The notes under the pieces were generated by a model that did no database searches, was not told the DNA's origin, and was given only the letters and a program-made list of their open reading frames with translations. 33,157 nt of DNA from positions 1 through 33,157 of the forward strand of contig CAZSWP010000040.1 in NCBI GenBank assembly GCA_964610875.1, read 5' to 3'. Positions 10,445 to 18,564 of this stretch are shown piece by piece. A program made the translations under genes and the position numbers. Source of the DNA: an uncultured archaeon (GTDB lineage Archaea; Asgardarchaeota; Thorarchaeia; Thorarchaeales; Thorarchaeaceae). Each line of letters begins with the position of its first letter. The stretch's first letter is position 1.

Positions 10445-11527
10445 TCACTCCTCAGAGTAAGTCTTCCACAATGCGCCCCATTCAGTTTCATCCAAGAACC
10501 ACTTCACCCACTTCTTCCCCTTGAGGGGTAACCATATACCATCGTGATAAAGACCGCTTAGTTGAGTTGGTAACCACATGAGGGGTGATCTGAAAAGCAA
10601 TGTTTCCATACCTGGGAATTTTAGGAAACCTCTATTCCAAGTAATCACTGGCGACTTTCCAGTACTCATGTGGAAGTTTGGTAAGTCTTCCCAAGATTCA
10701 AAATCGCCCACTATATCGATTTTCTCTTTATCTGACACACCGAGGCCAAGTTGGTCAGCAATCTGAAGTTTGTGAACAAGTTTCTGATCAAGACCCATTA
10801 TTCGAGTTTGTACAGTGTCAGCGGCTACCATATCGTTGGTAGCCAAGAGGATATTGCCAATTTTAGGTACCATTGTTCGTGGACCTGCTCCGTCTCCCAT
10901 TACGGTTCCATCCGTCAACACAAATTCTGAATGAGAGATTGTCTGTTGCAAAAGCAGGAGGTCCACTAGGACTTCATGGATTTTCAAATGAGCAAGATGT
11001 CTATTCTTTGTTAGATACAATCCAAATGAATCCTTCATGGCTCCTGTCATTTGGGTATGGCCATGGGTCTTGAAAGTGGGAAGATGAATAATATTCGTAC
11101 CAAAAATCTCCTGTGGAGCAATTATCTCTCCAAATATCTTCTCTAAGACAAGGGTCTCTCGTGGTAATTCTACATCTACATAGTTTGCATTGATGAGCGG
11201 AAGAAATCGAATTTTGTGCTTCTTCATTACCGGATACCAATTGTTGCCCTTTGTTCCAGCGTAGATGTTAGTGACGACGGTTTCATTCTCAACCGCTTGT
11301 ATTGATCGTCTATCAAAGCCATCCGCAATCATTTTTCTTAAGAGGCCGTCAAAGATGTATGGATTTGTGGAGCACGCAGGATAGAATTTACTCCATGAGA
11401 GGTTCAATTTAATTGTTGTATCAACTTCCTTTGAAACATGCTTGTCATACTCTGCAAGATCCATGACTCGGGCGATATCTTCAAAGATTGTTATAGGCGT
11501 TGTTTTTACTACTGCTACTTTGACCAT
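10445..11527 (-). CDS. DUF362 domain protein
   Basis: IKLNLSW...PACSTNP, IHLPTFKTHGHTQMTGAMKDSFG, DGTVMGDGAGP and NDMVAADTV match the DUF362 pattern. Confidence 0.8.
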   Translation of the reverse strand: MVKVAVVKTTPITIFEDIARVMDLAEYDKHVSKEVDTTIKLNLSWSKFYPACSTNPYIFDGLLRKMIADGFDRRSIQAVENETVVTNIYAGTKGNNWYPVMKKHKIRFLPLINANYVDVELPRETLVLEKIFGEIIAPQEIFGTNIIHLPTFKTHGHTQMTGAMKDSFGLYLTKNRHLAHLKIHEVLVDLLLLQQTISHSEFVLTDGTVMGDGAGPRTMVPKIGNILLATNDMVAADTVQTRIMGLDQKLVHKLQIADQLGLGVSDKEKIDIVGDFESWEDLPNFHMSTGKSPVITWNRGFLKFPGMETLLFRSPLMWLPTQLSGLYHDGIWLPLKGKKWVKWFLDETEWGALWKTYSEE

Positions 11528-11639
11528 GAATATTCATCTCGCTGTTGTGGTCTTGATAGGCAAACCGCAGACGGATGTCTTGAATATAAGAAGTTGCCTC
11601 ATATTGAAATATTGTACGATGTGTCTGTTTCTACTCACT

Positions 11640-12512
11640 TCAATCTGGTTCTATATTAATGGGTAGTACTTCATTTTTTTGTTCTAAGATACATAATTTT
11701 GGTTTCACTTGACCTCGGTAAGATGCACTGAACACACTCACCAATCGTTGATTGAAGAAGTGTTGAATTCCATGAGGGAAGACTTCATGTGCTCGAAACA
11801 TGATTTCTATGCCAAGATTTCCGGTAAATTCATCAAATGCCTTTTTTCCATACGTTCTAGCTCGTCCTGACCTCATGTTTGGTCTGAATCCAAAATCTCC
11901 TTCTTGAGGGTCATTCCAGACCATTTGGAAGATGATATCTTCAGGAAAATCTGGATTATATCTGCTACAGGAATTGATATCTTCAAGGGACTTAACTCCC
12001 TCTGGAACACCTCCATGACATGCGAAAATACCACTCTTGCTGATTGCGGCAATTGGTAAGACTTGGTATGCTTCCATGATATAATAGAACGCCTTTGAGT
12101 TCACCTTTCTAATAGTATCATAATAAAATCCATATTTACCTGCTATCTGTTCTGATTCATGATTTCCTCTTAGTAGAGTTACTCTGTTTGGATATAAAAT
12201 CTTCAAAGCAAAGACGAACATCACACTCTCTAACTGCTCAGGACCTCTATCAGCATAGTCTCCTAGAAAGACTACATGGTGTTTCTTTCTCTTTTCCATC
12301 TCTTTTGCCACGGCTCGAACCGAGCCGAGTTCGCCATGGATATCTCCCACAAAGATAAGATGATTGGAGGGTATTGGTACCACATTCTTGGATTCATTAT
12401 AGAACCCTATAATTTGGTCTGCTAGTTCTTTTACATCTTGCTCTTCAAATTCCGATTTTCCTTGGAGAACATCATATATGAGTTGCATTTGGTGTTGCGT
12501 CCTCAGTGCCAA
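11640..12512 (-). CDS. PPP-family serine/threonine protein phosphatase
   Basis: Complete PPP signature: GDIHG, GDYADRG, LRGNHE, CHGG, WNDP, RAHE, SVFSAS. The start may be ATG 12488. Confidence 0.92.
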   Translation of the reverse strand: MALRTQHQMQLIYDVLQGKSEFEEQDVKELADQIIGFYNESKNVVPIPSNHLIFVGDIHGELGSVRAVAKEMEKRKKHHVVFLGDYADRGPEQLESVMFVFALKILYPNRVTLLRGNHESEQIAGKYGFYYDTIRKVNSKAFYYIMEAYQVLPIAAISKSGIFACHGGVPEGVKSLEDINSCSRYNPDFPEDIIFQMVWNDPQEGDFGFRPNMRSGRARTYGKKAFDEFTGNLGIEIMFRAHEVFPHGIQHFFNQRLVSVFSASYRGQVKPKLCILEQKNEVLPINIEPD

Positions 12513-13021
12513 TTTAGTTCACGAAATACTATGTCCACAGCTTCCTTTGCAGTTTCAGCTGCAAATACCTTATCCTTCCTTCGATGATCAATTTTGGTAT
12601 CAGCAAGTTTCGTTGCCCACCCTCCGGAATTTTTCAACGCAACAACTACAATATCTGAAAACCACGCTATTGCGATTTCACTCAAAGTACCAGCTGAACC
12701 ATCTATCGCAATGATGGCGTCTGATGCTTTGGCAACTAAGAAATTTCTAGCATATCCGAGTCCCGTTGGAATTGCAACATCAAGATAGGCGTTTCCTGCT
12801 TGCTTTTCATGAGTTGGAAGTATCCCGATTGTTAGACCATTGTGCAGCTTTGCACCTTTGCAAGCTGCTTCCATGACTCCTCCCATACCTCCACAGACTA
12901 GGACAACATCTCGCTTCGCAATCTCCTCACCAAGCTCATGTGCCGTCTTGATTCCAATATCAGAAGTTTCAGAACCACCGATTACTGATATTGTTCTTCT
13001 GGTCATCATATATCTACTCAT
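12503..13021 (-). CDS. TIGR00725-like SLOG/LOG-family nucleotide-binding protein
   Basis: ISVIGGS, LVCGGMGGVMEAACKGA, TIGILP, TGLGYARN, IDGSAGTLSEI. Confidence 0.9.
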   Translation of the reverse strand: MSRYMMTRRTISVIGGSETSDIGIKTAHELGEEIAKRDVVLVCGGMGGVMEAACKGAKLHNGLTIGILPTHEKQAGNAYLDVAIPTGLGYARNFLVAKASDAIIAIDGSAGTLSEIAIAWFSDIVVVALKNSGGWATKLADTKIDHRRKDKVFAAETAKEAVDIVFRELNWH

Positions 13022-14148
13022 TCAGATTCTATTGATGACCTAATTTTGTTGAATGCCCTCTTTAGACTATTGAATGCAGTTTGTGGTAGTTTCTTTTGCA
13101 TGAGTCTCTCTTTAGCGACATCAAGAAAATCACTATTCTCTTTCTTTAATACATAGCCTTTAATTGCTAATTCCGACTCAATTCTTATGCTTTCTTCAGA
13201 ACCGTCTGGTGTATAATACTTGCAGCTAGTTGCATATCTAATTTGTTTTTCCACATGATTGGGAATAATACGTGTCGATAGGGCATGTATCTTTGCCAGA
13301 ATAAGCATAGCTCGGGAGCCAATATCGTCTGTCGACCAACCATTGTCAACACCGATTATACAAATACCTGCATTGCGTTTACAGCTTCTTTTACAATTAT
13401 GGCAGGTCTTTGGTTTCAACCGAACATTACCTGAGCGCAAATCCATAGATATGTATCCCTCAGGGTAATCGAAACTACATGATTCATCTATACAAGTAAT
13501 CCCTTGCGTTCTTGCATATTCTGTTATGATCTCTAGTTCTTCATCGGTCACTGGGGGTAACGTCATGCGTGTTACATTACTAGTAAATCTTTCACATTCA
13601 TCAATACCAAGGACTACAAGTCCCATCTTCATTTTTTCTTCTCTATTTGCCTCATCTAAAAGCACTCCAAGAAGTTCTATTGAATCCTGCAAGTGTTCAG
13701 CTGAATAGAGCTTCAAAGGTTGACCAAGTATATTGTCAATCTCCCTTTTTTCAATCTCGGAGATGGGGTCATCAGATACAATAAGAAGGAGTACTGCTTG
13801 TGTCACGTCTTCTCGCAGATTTGTTATTGCATCAGAAATGCCATTAATATCTTCATGGTTGACGATGATTATGACTGCTTTATGTCCTTTGTAGAATTTC
13901 CTCAAAATATTCCCGTGTTCATAGTGTGTTGGTATTGACCATAGCTGAAATACATAATCGGTTTTCTCATCTATATGACAGCGTGTAACTCCGAGTGTAA
14001 CACCCAAGCTAGGAAATAGTTGACTTGAGAAACTCTCACCAGAAACCCCACTAACATAACCTGCCTGTAAATCGGGTTCTATGCCCATCACTATGGTCTT
14101 GTAGACGATAGTTCTCATATCTTCAGGTTGGGCACTACTCTGAGTCAC
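13018..14148 (-). CDS. Protein with degenerate Rab/Ras-like GTPase N-terminal domain and Cys-rich C-terminal domain
   Basis: YKTIVMG...FPSLGV...FQLWS...FYKGHKAVIIIVN follows the Rab scaffold, but the G1 GKS/T and G3 DxxG residues are missing. The C-terminal part has TCHNCKRSC..ICI..CKYY. ATGA overlap with the next gene. Confidence 0.65.
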   Translation of the reverse strand: MTQSSAQPEDMRTIVYKTIVMGIEPDLQAGYVSGVSGESFSSQLFPSLGVTLGVTRCHIDEKTDYVFQLWSIPTHYEHGNILRKFYKGHKAVIIIVNHEDINGISDAITNLREDVTQAVLLLIVSDDPISEIEKREIDNILGQPLKLYSAEHLQDSIELLGVLLDEANREEKMKMGLVVLGIDECERFTSNVTRMTLPPVTDEELEIITEYARTQGITCIDESCSFDYPEGYISMDLRSGNVRLKPKTCHNCKRSCKRNAGICIIGVDNGWSTDDIGSRAMLILAKIHALSTRIIPNHVEKQIRYATSCKYYTPDGSEESIRIESELAIKGYVLKKENSDFLDVAKERLMQKKLPQTAFNSLKRAFNKIRSSIESE

Positions 14149-14307
14149 AGTAATACTTTCTCACTTTTTCGCATATAACTGATGGTGTGGGTAATTATTG
14201 AACCTGTGGAGATTATATTTGTTACTACTGATATAATGAGGATGGTTTCACCAGTATGTTCAATTGCAATTCGAAAAGGTTTCCAACTCTCCTTAGGAGG
14301 ATAGTAT

Positions 14308-14436
14308 TTGTCAGCAAGACGGTTCAATAAACATACACTCAGACGCGACTCTCATGAGTCATTAGACGACGACGAATTCCCTGATATCATACCTGATTTG
14401 TCTTATGAGGAATTCAAAGAAAGCAAGAGAGATTGA
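14308..14436 (+). CDS. Small 42-aa basic/acidic protein (MSARRFNKHTLRRDSHESLDDDEFPDIIPDLSYEEFKESKRD), not in ORF track
   Basis: AGGAGG at 14295-14300 lies 7 nt before TTG 14308. TGA 14434-14436 converges on the 14447 stop with a 10-bp gap. Confidence 0.5.
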   Translation: MSARRFNKHTLRRDSHESLDDDEFPDIIPDLSYEEFKESKRD

Positions 14437-14446
14437 GCACTTTCCA

Positions 14447-16642
14447 TCAGATGTGTCTTCGTTTTCTTATGACACAAGCCAGAATGATTGCTACTGATAC
14501 AGCACCAATAGCAATTGTAATGTAGATCATATTGATTGGCATTCCCGTAGTGTTCGTAGGTCCCAACTCAGGATGATAGACAACAGGCATGCCATATGCG
14601 ATATTCATGCCCCAATCTTCAGCCCAGACTTTTATCTCAACGTAAATATCTACCGGAACTTGATTTATCTTGGCTATGTAGTGCGTACCGTTGAATTCGC
14701 ACCTCTTAGTTTCCACAGAGCTTCCAATCGTAACTTGAACTAGAACAATGTCAATTCCGGACTGACTGTCTGATGCCATCACCCATACATTTGTTGGACC
14801 AAGAAGCGGTGAGGATTCAGTTCCCCAACCGATAATTGTTGGTGGAACTGCATCAACAAGAGACCATCTCAGTCTTCTTGTCCATTCATTTGCCTCTACA
14901 AGAGCTTCATAACATTCTTGCCACTGCATGGAATTGAAGTAGTCTTCTGCGGCTTGGAAATGGTTTAGAGCTTGATATTCTGCTTTTGCTGAATCTTCGG
15001 GTTTAACTGATGATGTAACATCTTCTCGGTAGGTTTCAAAATCGAGTCTGACGTTTCCGTACATCTGGTCAAGATAAGTACCTTGGACCCAGTTCTGATC
15101 GAATTTTCCTGTCCCGTTGAATCTACCGAAATAACCCATTGGTGAAAATGAAAAATCTCCAACATAATGAGTTTCAGACCATGTGTGACCTAACCCGATC
15201 GCATGCATAGCTTCATGAAGCTGAACTCCAGAGATACCTGCTTTGGGAGTTGTTTCATCTGGGCGATAGTATCTCTCCCAGCTTTTCCAGATGCATGTTT
15301 GTCCACTCCCGCCAAGACCTGTGTATTGTCTTCCATATACATGCATCTCCATGTTCTTCTTGATGAAAATAGCTCCGAACACCGTAATGTTGGTATCAGT
15401 AGTATCAACATAGTTTGGCCTCATCTGATTATAGACTGCATTAAACATGCCATATCCATCAACAATAGTCTTACCTCCTGAATCGACATAAGCATAGTTC
15501 CAGAACAGATTAGACCAGTCATCATGTTCATTGATATCAACAAACTCAACATCAACCTCCCATTCAATAAATGGATGTAAGGTTTCTAGATGGTATTGCT
15601 GTAGTTCTTCACGAGTGACCCATTCAAGACTCTCTACCGATGTCCCGTCCGCTACATCCATACAGATAACCAATGTCTTCACATATCCCTTCTGAACATA
15701 TGCTGATGGACTATTACCTGGACTACCCATTGGTGAAACAGGTGCAAAGAGATGAGTGATAGGATCTTCTAGATATTCTCTGATATACTCATTGAGTTCT
15801 AAAATATCTCCGCTATCAGAGAGGTCAAGTTCTGATAGTTTCTCATCGAGATCTTTTGTACAGTATTCGTCTTCATTGGTGTATGGAGAATCACTCCACC
15901 AGATTCGAGCCCATCTGAGATACCATTGGTCTGCAGATGGGTCTAATACGAAGAGGTTATGTCGTCCACCGAAACCAGCATATTGCATCATCAAGTCTTG
16001 ATTCAGTTCATTATCCCACTCTAATCTAAACCAGTCCTGAATCTCACCTGTATCAGGGTCAGTAGGTTTGTAGTCGTACCAGTGTTCTAATGAGTGGTCC
16101 GTTGAATCAAACTCAGTGAAATTCAAAATATAGTATACATAACCAAGGTCTGGTTGTGTAACCGCAGGATGTTCATTAAGCCAATCCTCTACCGTTCTCG
16201 CATCAATTGATCTGCCATCTCTTGGATAGAACACTGCTCTTGGCATACTAGGGTCAGCTTTGTGTAACTCCAATTCTGCTTCATCTATTGATGTGCCTGT
16301 ATCTGTCCCATTGATTGAATTATCTAACATGACCTGCCTTAGTTGGTCAGTATAGGATTCATTCGCAAATGATACTTGATATGAGAATTCGTAGGTTAGA
16401 ATAGTGTTTGTTCCATCGTGGGTTCTTTGATTTGGCAAACCTGTAGTCATCATGGACTCATCAATAAGCTCTGCATCGTAATTGACAAATACGATGTGAA
16501 TCAGCCAGTTATGTTCAATTGTCCAATCATCCGGAACATCTGCGGGTTTATAATCCCCATGAGTGGTCTCAATCGGAACTGTGGTTGGTAATGATATAAC
16601 TGAAATGAGTATGATTAAAGCAAAGATGGTGAAGGCTCGCAT
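14447..16642 (-). CDS. Secreted, C-terminally membrane-anchored zinc metallopeptidase-like protein (metzincin motif)
   Basis: Signal peptide from ATG 16642 (MRAFTIFALII), HEAMHAIGLGH (HExxHxxGxxH), Met-turn-like SPMGY, an Ig-like segment, then a C-terminal TM and basic RKRRH. Confidence 0.8.
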   Translation of the reverse strand: MRAFTIFALIILISVISLPTTVPIETTHGDYKPADVPDDWTIEHNWLIHIVFVNYDAELIDESMMTTGLPNQRTHDGTNTILTYEFSYQVSFANESYTDQLRQVMLDNSINGTDTGTSIDEAELELHKADPSMPRAVFYPRDGRSIDARTVEDWLNEHPAVTQPDLGYVYYILNFTEFDSTDHSLEHWYDYKPTDPDTGEIQDWFRLEWDNELNQDLMMQYAGFGGRHNLFVLDPSADQWYLRWARIWWSDSPYTNEDEYCTKDLDEKLSELDLSDSGDILELNEYIREYLEDPITHLFAPVSPMGSPGNSPSAYVQKGYVKTLVICMDVADGTSVESLEWVTREELQQYHLETLHPFIEWEVDVEFVDINEHDDWSNLFWNYAYVDSGGKTIVDGYGMFNAVYNQMRPNYVDTTDTNITVFGAIFIKKNMEMHVYGRQYTGLGGSGQTCIWKSWERYYRPDETTPKAGISGVQLHEAMHAIGLGHTWSETHYVGDFSFSPMGYFGRFNGTGKFDQNWVQGTYLDQMYGNVRLDFETYREDVTSSVKPEDSAKAEYQALNHFQAAEDYFNSMQWQECYEALVEANEWTRRLRWSLVDAVPPTIIGWGTESSPLLGPTNVWVMASDSQSGIDIVLVQVTIGSSVETKRCEFNGTHYIAKINQVPVDIYVEIKVWAEDWGMNIAYGMPVVYHPELGPTNTTGMPINMIYITIAIGAVSVAIILACVIRKRRHI

Positions 16643-16804
16643 GCTATTTGTTTTGTAGAATTGAAATATTAACACAGTGATTGAAGCATTTGGGTATTTA
16701 TTTACGGGTCTTGCTACATTCTGTTAATTTCTCCTATTTTCCGAAGAACATTTGGGAATACACAACCAATGCATATATATTAGGATATGATATAACATAA
16801 TATA

Positions 16805-16903
16805 GGAGCGTCGGTACTAACATATCATCAAGTCCCTCAATACGCCATCCGGTCCCGCCGGGAGGCATCGCATGAATCTCCCACGATTTCTGCCGACGCT
16901 ACC
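16805..16903. ncRNA. Putative structured non-coding RNA, element E1
   Basis: GC-rich island in an AT-rich intergenic region. 10-bp closing stem AGCGTCGGTA (16807-16816) / TGCCGACGCT (16891-16900); inner stem GGGAG/CTCCC; minus-strand K-loop-like GCGUA-UUGA-GGGACU-UGAUGA-UAUGU. Strand unresolved. Confidence 0.45.
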
Positions 16904-16950
16904 CTCTCTTCACTTAAATTTAAACAATCTACTCCTCTCGCGAATTGACA

Positions 16951-16985
16951 GGTATTGGGTTTTACACTTCCCCTTTCCCAGTACC
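16951..16985. other. Intergenic hairpin, possibly part of E1 or a terminator
   Basis: GGTATTGGG/CCCAGTACC forms a 9-bp stem with one G-U pair on the + strand. Confidence 0.4.
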
Positions 16986-17153
16986 CGTCTAACCTTGTAT
17001 TGTTATTTATTATATTGATTATAAAAAATATAACCAAACATATTCTACCCCGTAGAAACTCCGATAGATAGAGAATATGTTATTGAGTGAATGGGTGTCA
17101 AATCCCCTTTCACTCTTCTTTCATAGTTATCTTGCGTAATTACAATGATTGTC

Positions 17154-17202
17154 AAAAAAAAGAGTTGGGCGATAAATTTCATAGGTTCCAAACATATCGC
17201 CC
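17154..17202 (-). terminator. Hairpin plus U-tract downstream of the subtilase gene
   Basis: GGGCGATA (17167-17174) / TATCGCCC (17195-17202), followed on the minus strand by a run of about 8 T. Confidence 0.55.
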
Positions 17203-17222
17203 TGAAGGAGTTTTTGAACGCT

Positions 17223-18257
17223 TTATCTTTGTATCAGGCCATATCCAAAACCTGGATCCCAACCTGATGCACCTAAATCAAGGGTTGTACTATGTAAGTA
17301 TCCTCGAATAGTACTGGTTCCTGTGTCTTCAAAAGTTCCAACAGGCATCTTCCCATTGAGAACAATGATTATTGCCACAAGTCCGGAAACATGAGGACAC
17401 GCCATAGAAGTACCTGATAACGTATCATATCCTCCGCCTTTGTATGTGCTGTAGACTGAAACTCCTGGTGCTACTACTTCGATGTAAGATCCTGTATTGG
17501 AGAACGAAGCAAGAGTATCATCTTTTGCAGTTGCTCCAACAGCGATAACCTCTGAATAGTATGCAGGGTATGAGATTTCTTCAGTGGATAGATCACCATC
17601 ACCTGAATTTCCTGCCGCAGCAACCAGAACGATTCCGAGGTTGTAAGCATGGATGATTGCATCATGCACTTCAGCAGGAGCTGATGAAGCTCCAAGACTC
17701 ATACTGATAACATCAGCATCGTCAGCATTGCCTTCTACACCATCGGGTCCTTGACAGGCCAGAAATATTGCAGTTATTAGATCATCCCAGCTTCCTGAAC
17801 CGGATGGTCCTAGAACCTTGATTGCATACAAATCCACATGTGCATACATGCCGACAACTCCAGAGTTATCACGAATGGCACCTATTGTTCCAGCAACATG
17901 TGTTCCATGCCCGTTCTGGTCATCTGGATTGTTCCTTCCAGTAACGTCCACCGCCCAAACTATATTGGGAGCTAGGTCTGGATGGTCAAGATCTATCCCC
18001 GAATCCAATATGGCGACTTGAACTGAAGTAGTATATTGGTCACCATCATAGTTACCATTATACACTCGTTCAATTCCCCATGGTGTTTCAGGATCATCGT
18101 CTTGCCAAGGATAAGTCGTATCATCTCCACCACCAATCCATGATGGTGGTCCTGGATACAGTCTGAATCCATCATCTACAACTACCATAGCATGTGATGC
18201 AATTGGTATAATTGTAAAAGCTAGGAAAAACAAGACTAATCCCGATATCGCTTTCAT
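17223..18257 (-). CDS. Secreted subtilisin-like S8 serine peptidase
   Basis: Catalytic triad motifs ILDSGID, NGHGTHVAG and SGTSMACPHV, oxyanion motif AAAGN, and a signal peptide from ATG 18257 (MKAISGLVLFFLAF). Confidence 0.95.
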   Translation of the reverse strand: MKAISGLVLFFLAFTIIPIASHAMVVVDDGFRLYPGPPSWIGGGDDTTYPWQDDDPETPWGIERVYNGNYDGDQYTTSVQVAILDSGIDLDHPDLAPNIVWAVDVTGRNNPDDQNGHGTHVAGTIGAIRDNSGVVGMYAHVDLYAIKVLGPSGSGSWDDLITAIFLACQGPDGVEGNADDADVISMSLGASSAPAEVHDAIIHAYNLGIVLVAAAGNSGDGDLSTEEISYPAYYSEVIAVGATAKDDTLASFSNTGSYIEVVAPGVSVYSTYKGGGYDTLSGTSMACPHVSGLVAIIIVLNGKMPVGTFEDTGTSTIRGYLHSTTLDLGASGWDPGFGYGLIQR

Positions 18258-18512
18258 TTTCAAATTTCTACACACCTTTCTCGTGAAAAAATCATGATGA
18301 TTTTCTACAAGATATCGTTCAGACACAACAGTATCTAATAAATGTTGGGTAAATTATGAATAAATTAGATACCAAATACATAATTCACCCATATTGAACG
18401 GATAAAACGCGAAATTATCCCTCTAGTATTTATCCGTAAACAAGAGGTAGGATTTTTCAAAATCCAGAGTGAAAATAGATTGTTTCATTATTGGAAAAAA
18501 AGCAAATTTATG

Positions 18513-18556
18513 AAAAACAGAAAAAACACGAGAGGATATCTTTCTCCCGTGTTTTT
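18513..18556 (-). terminator. Hairpin plus U-tract downstream of the phospholipase C-like gene
   Basis: AAAAACACG (18522-18530) / CGTGTTTTT (18548-18556) inverted repeat just after the stop, followed by T-runs on the minus strand. Confidence 0.55.
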
Positions 18557-18564
18557 GGATGGGA

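Noticed and set aside
11542-11575. Imperfect stem-loop upstream of DUF362 as a riboswitch
   Set aside because: It pairs well only on the non-coding strand and carries no known aptamer motif.
14145-14327. 60-aa minus-strand ORF upstream of the pseudo-Rab gene
   Set aside because: It has no RBS or recognisable features, and it conflicts with the SD-led plus-strand small ORF and the likely promoter region.
16837-17037. 66-aa minus-strand ORF
   Set aside because: It has a low-complexity AT-derived N-terminus and no RBS, and it overlaps the base-paired element, which explains the sequence better.
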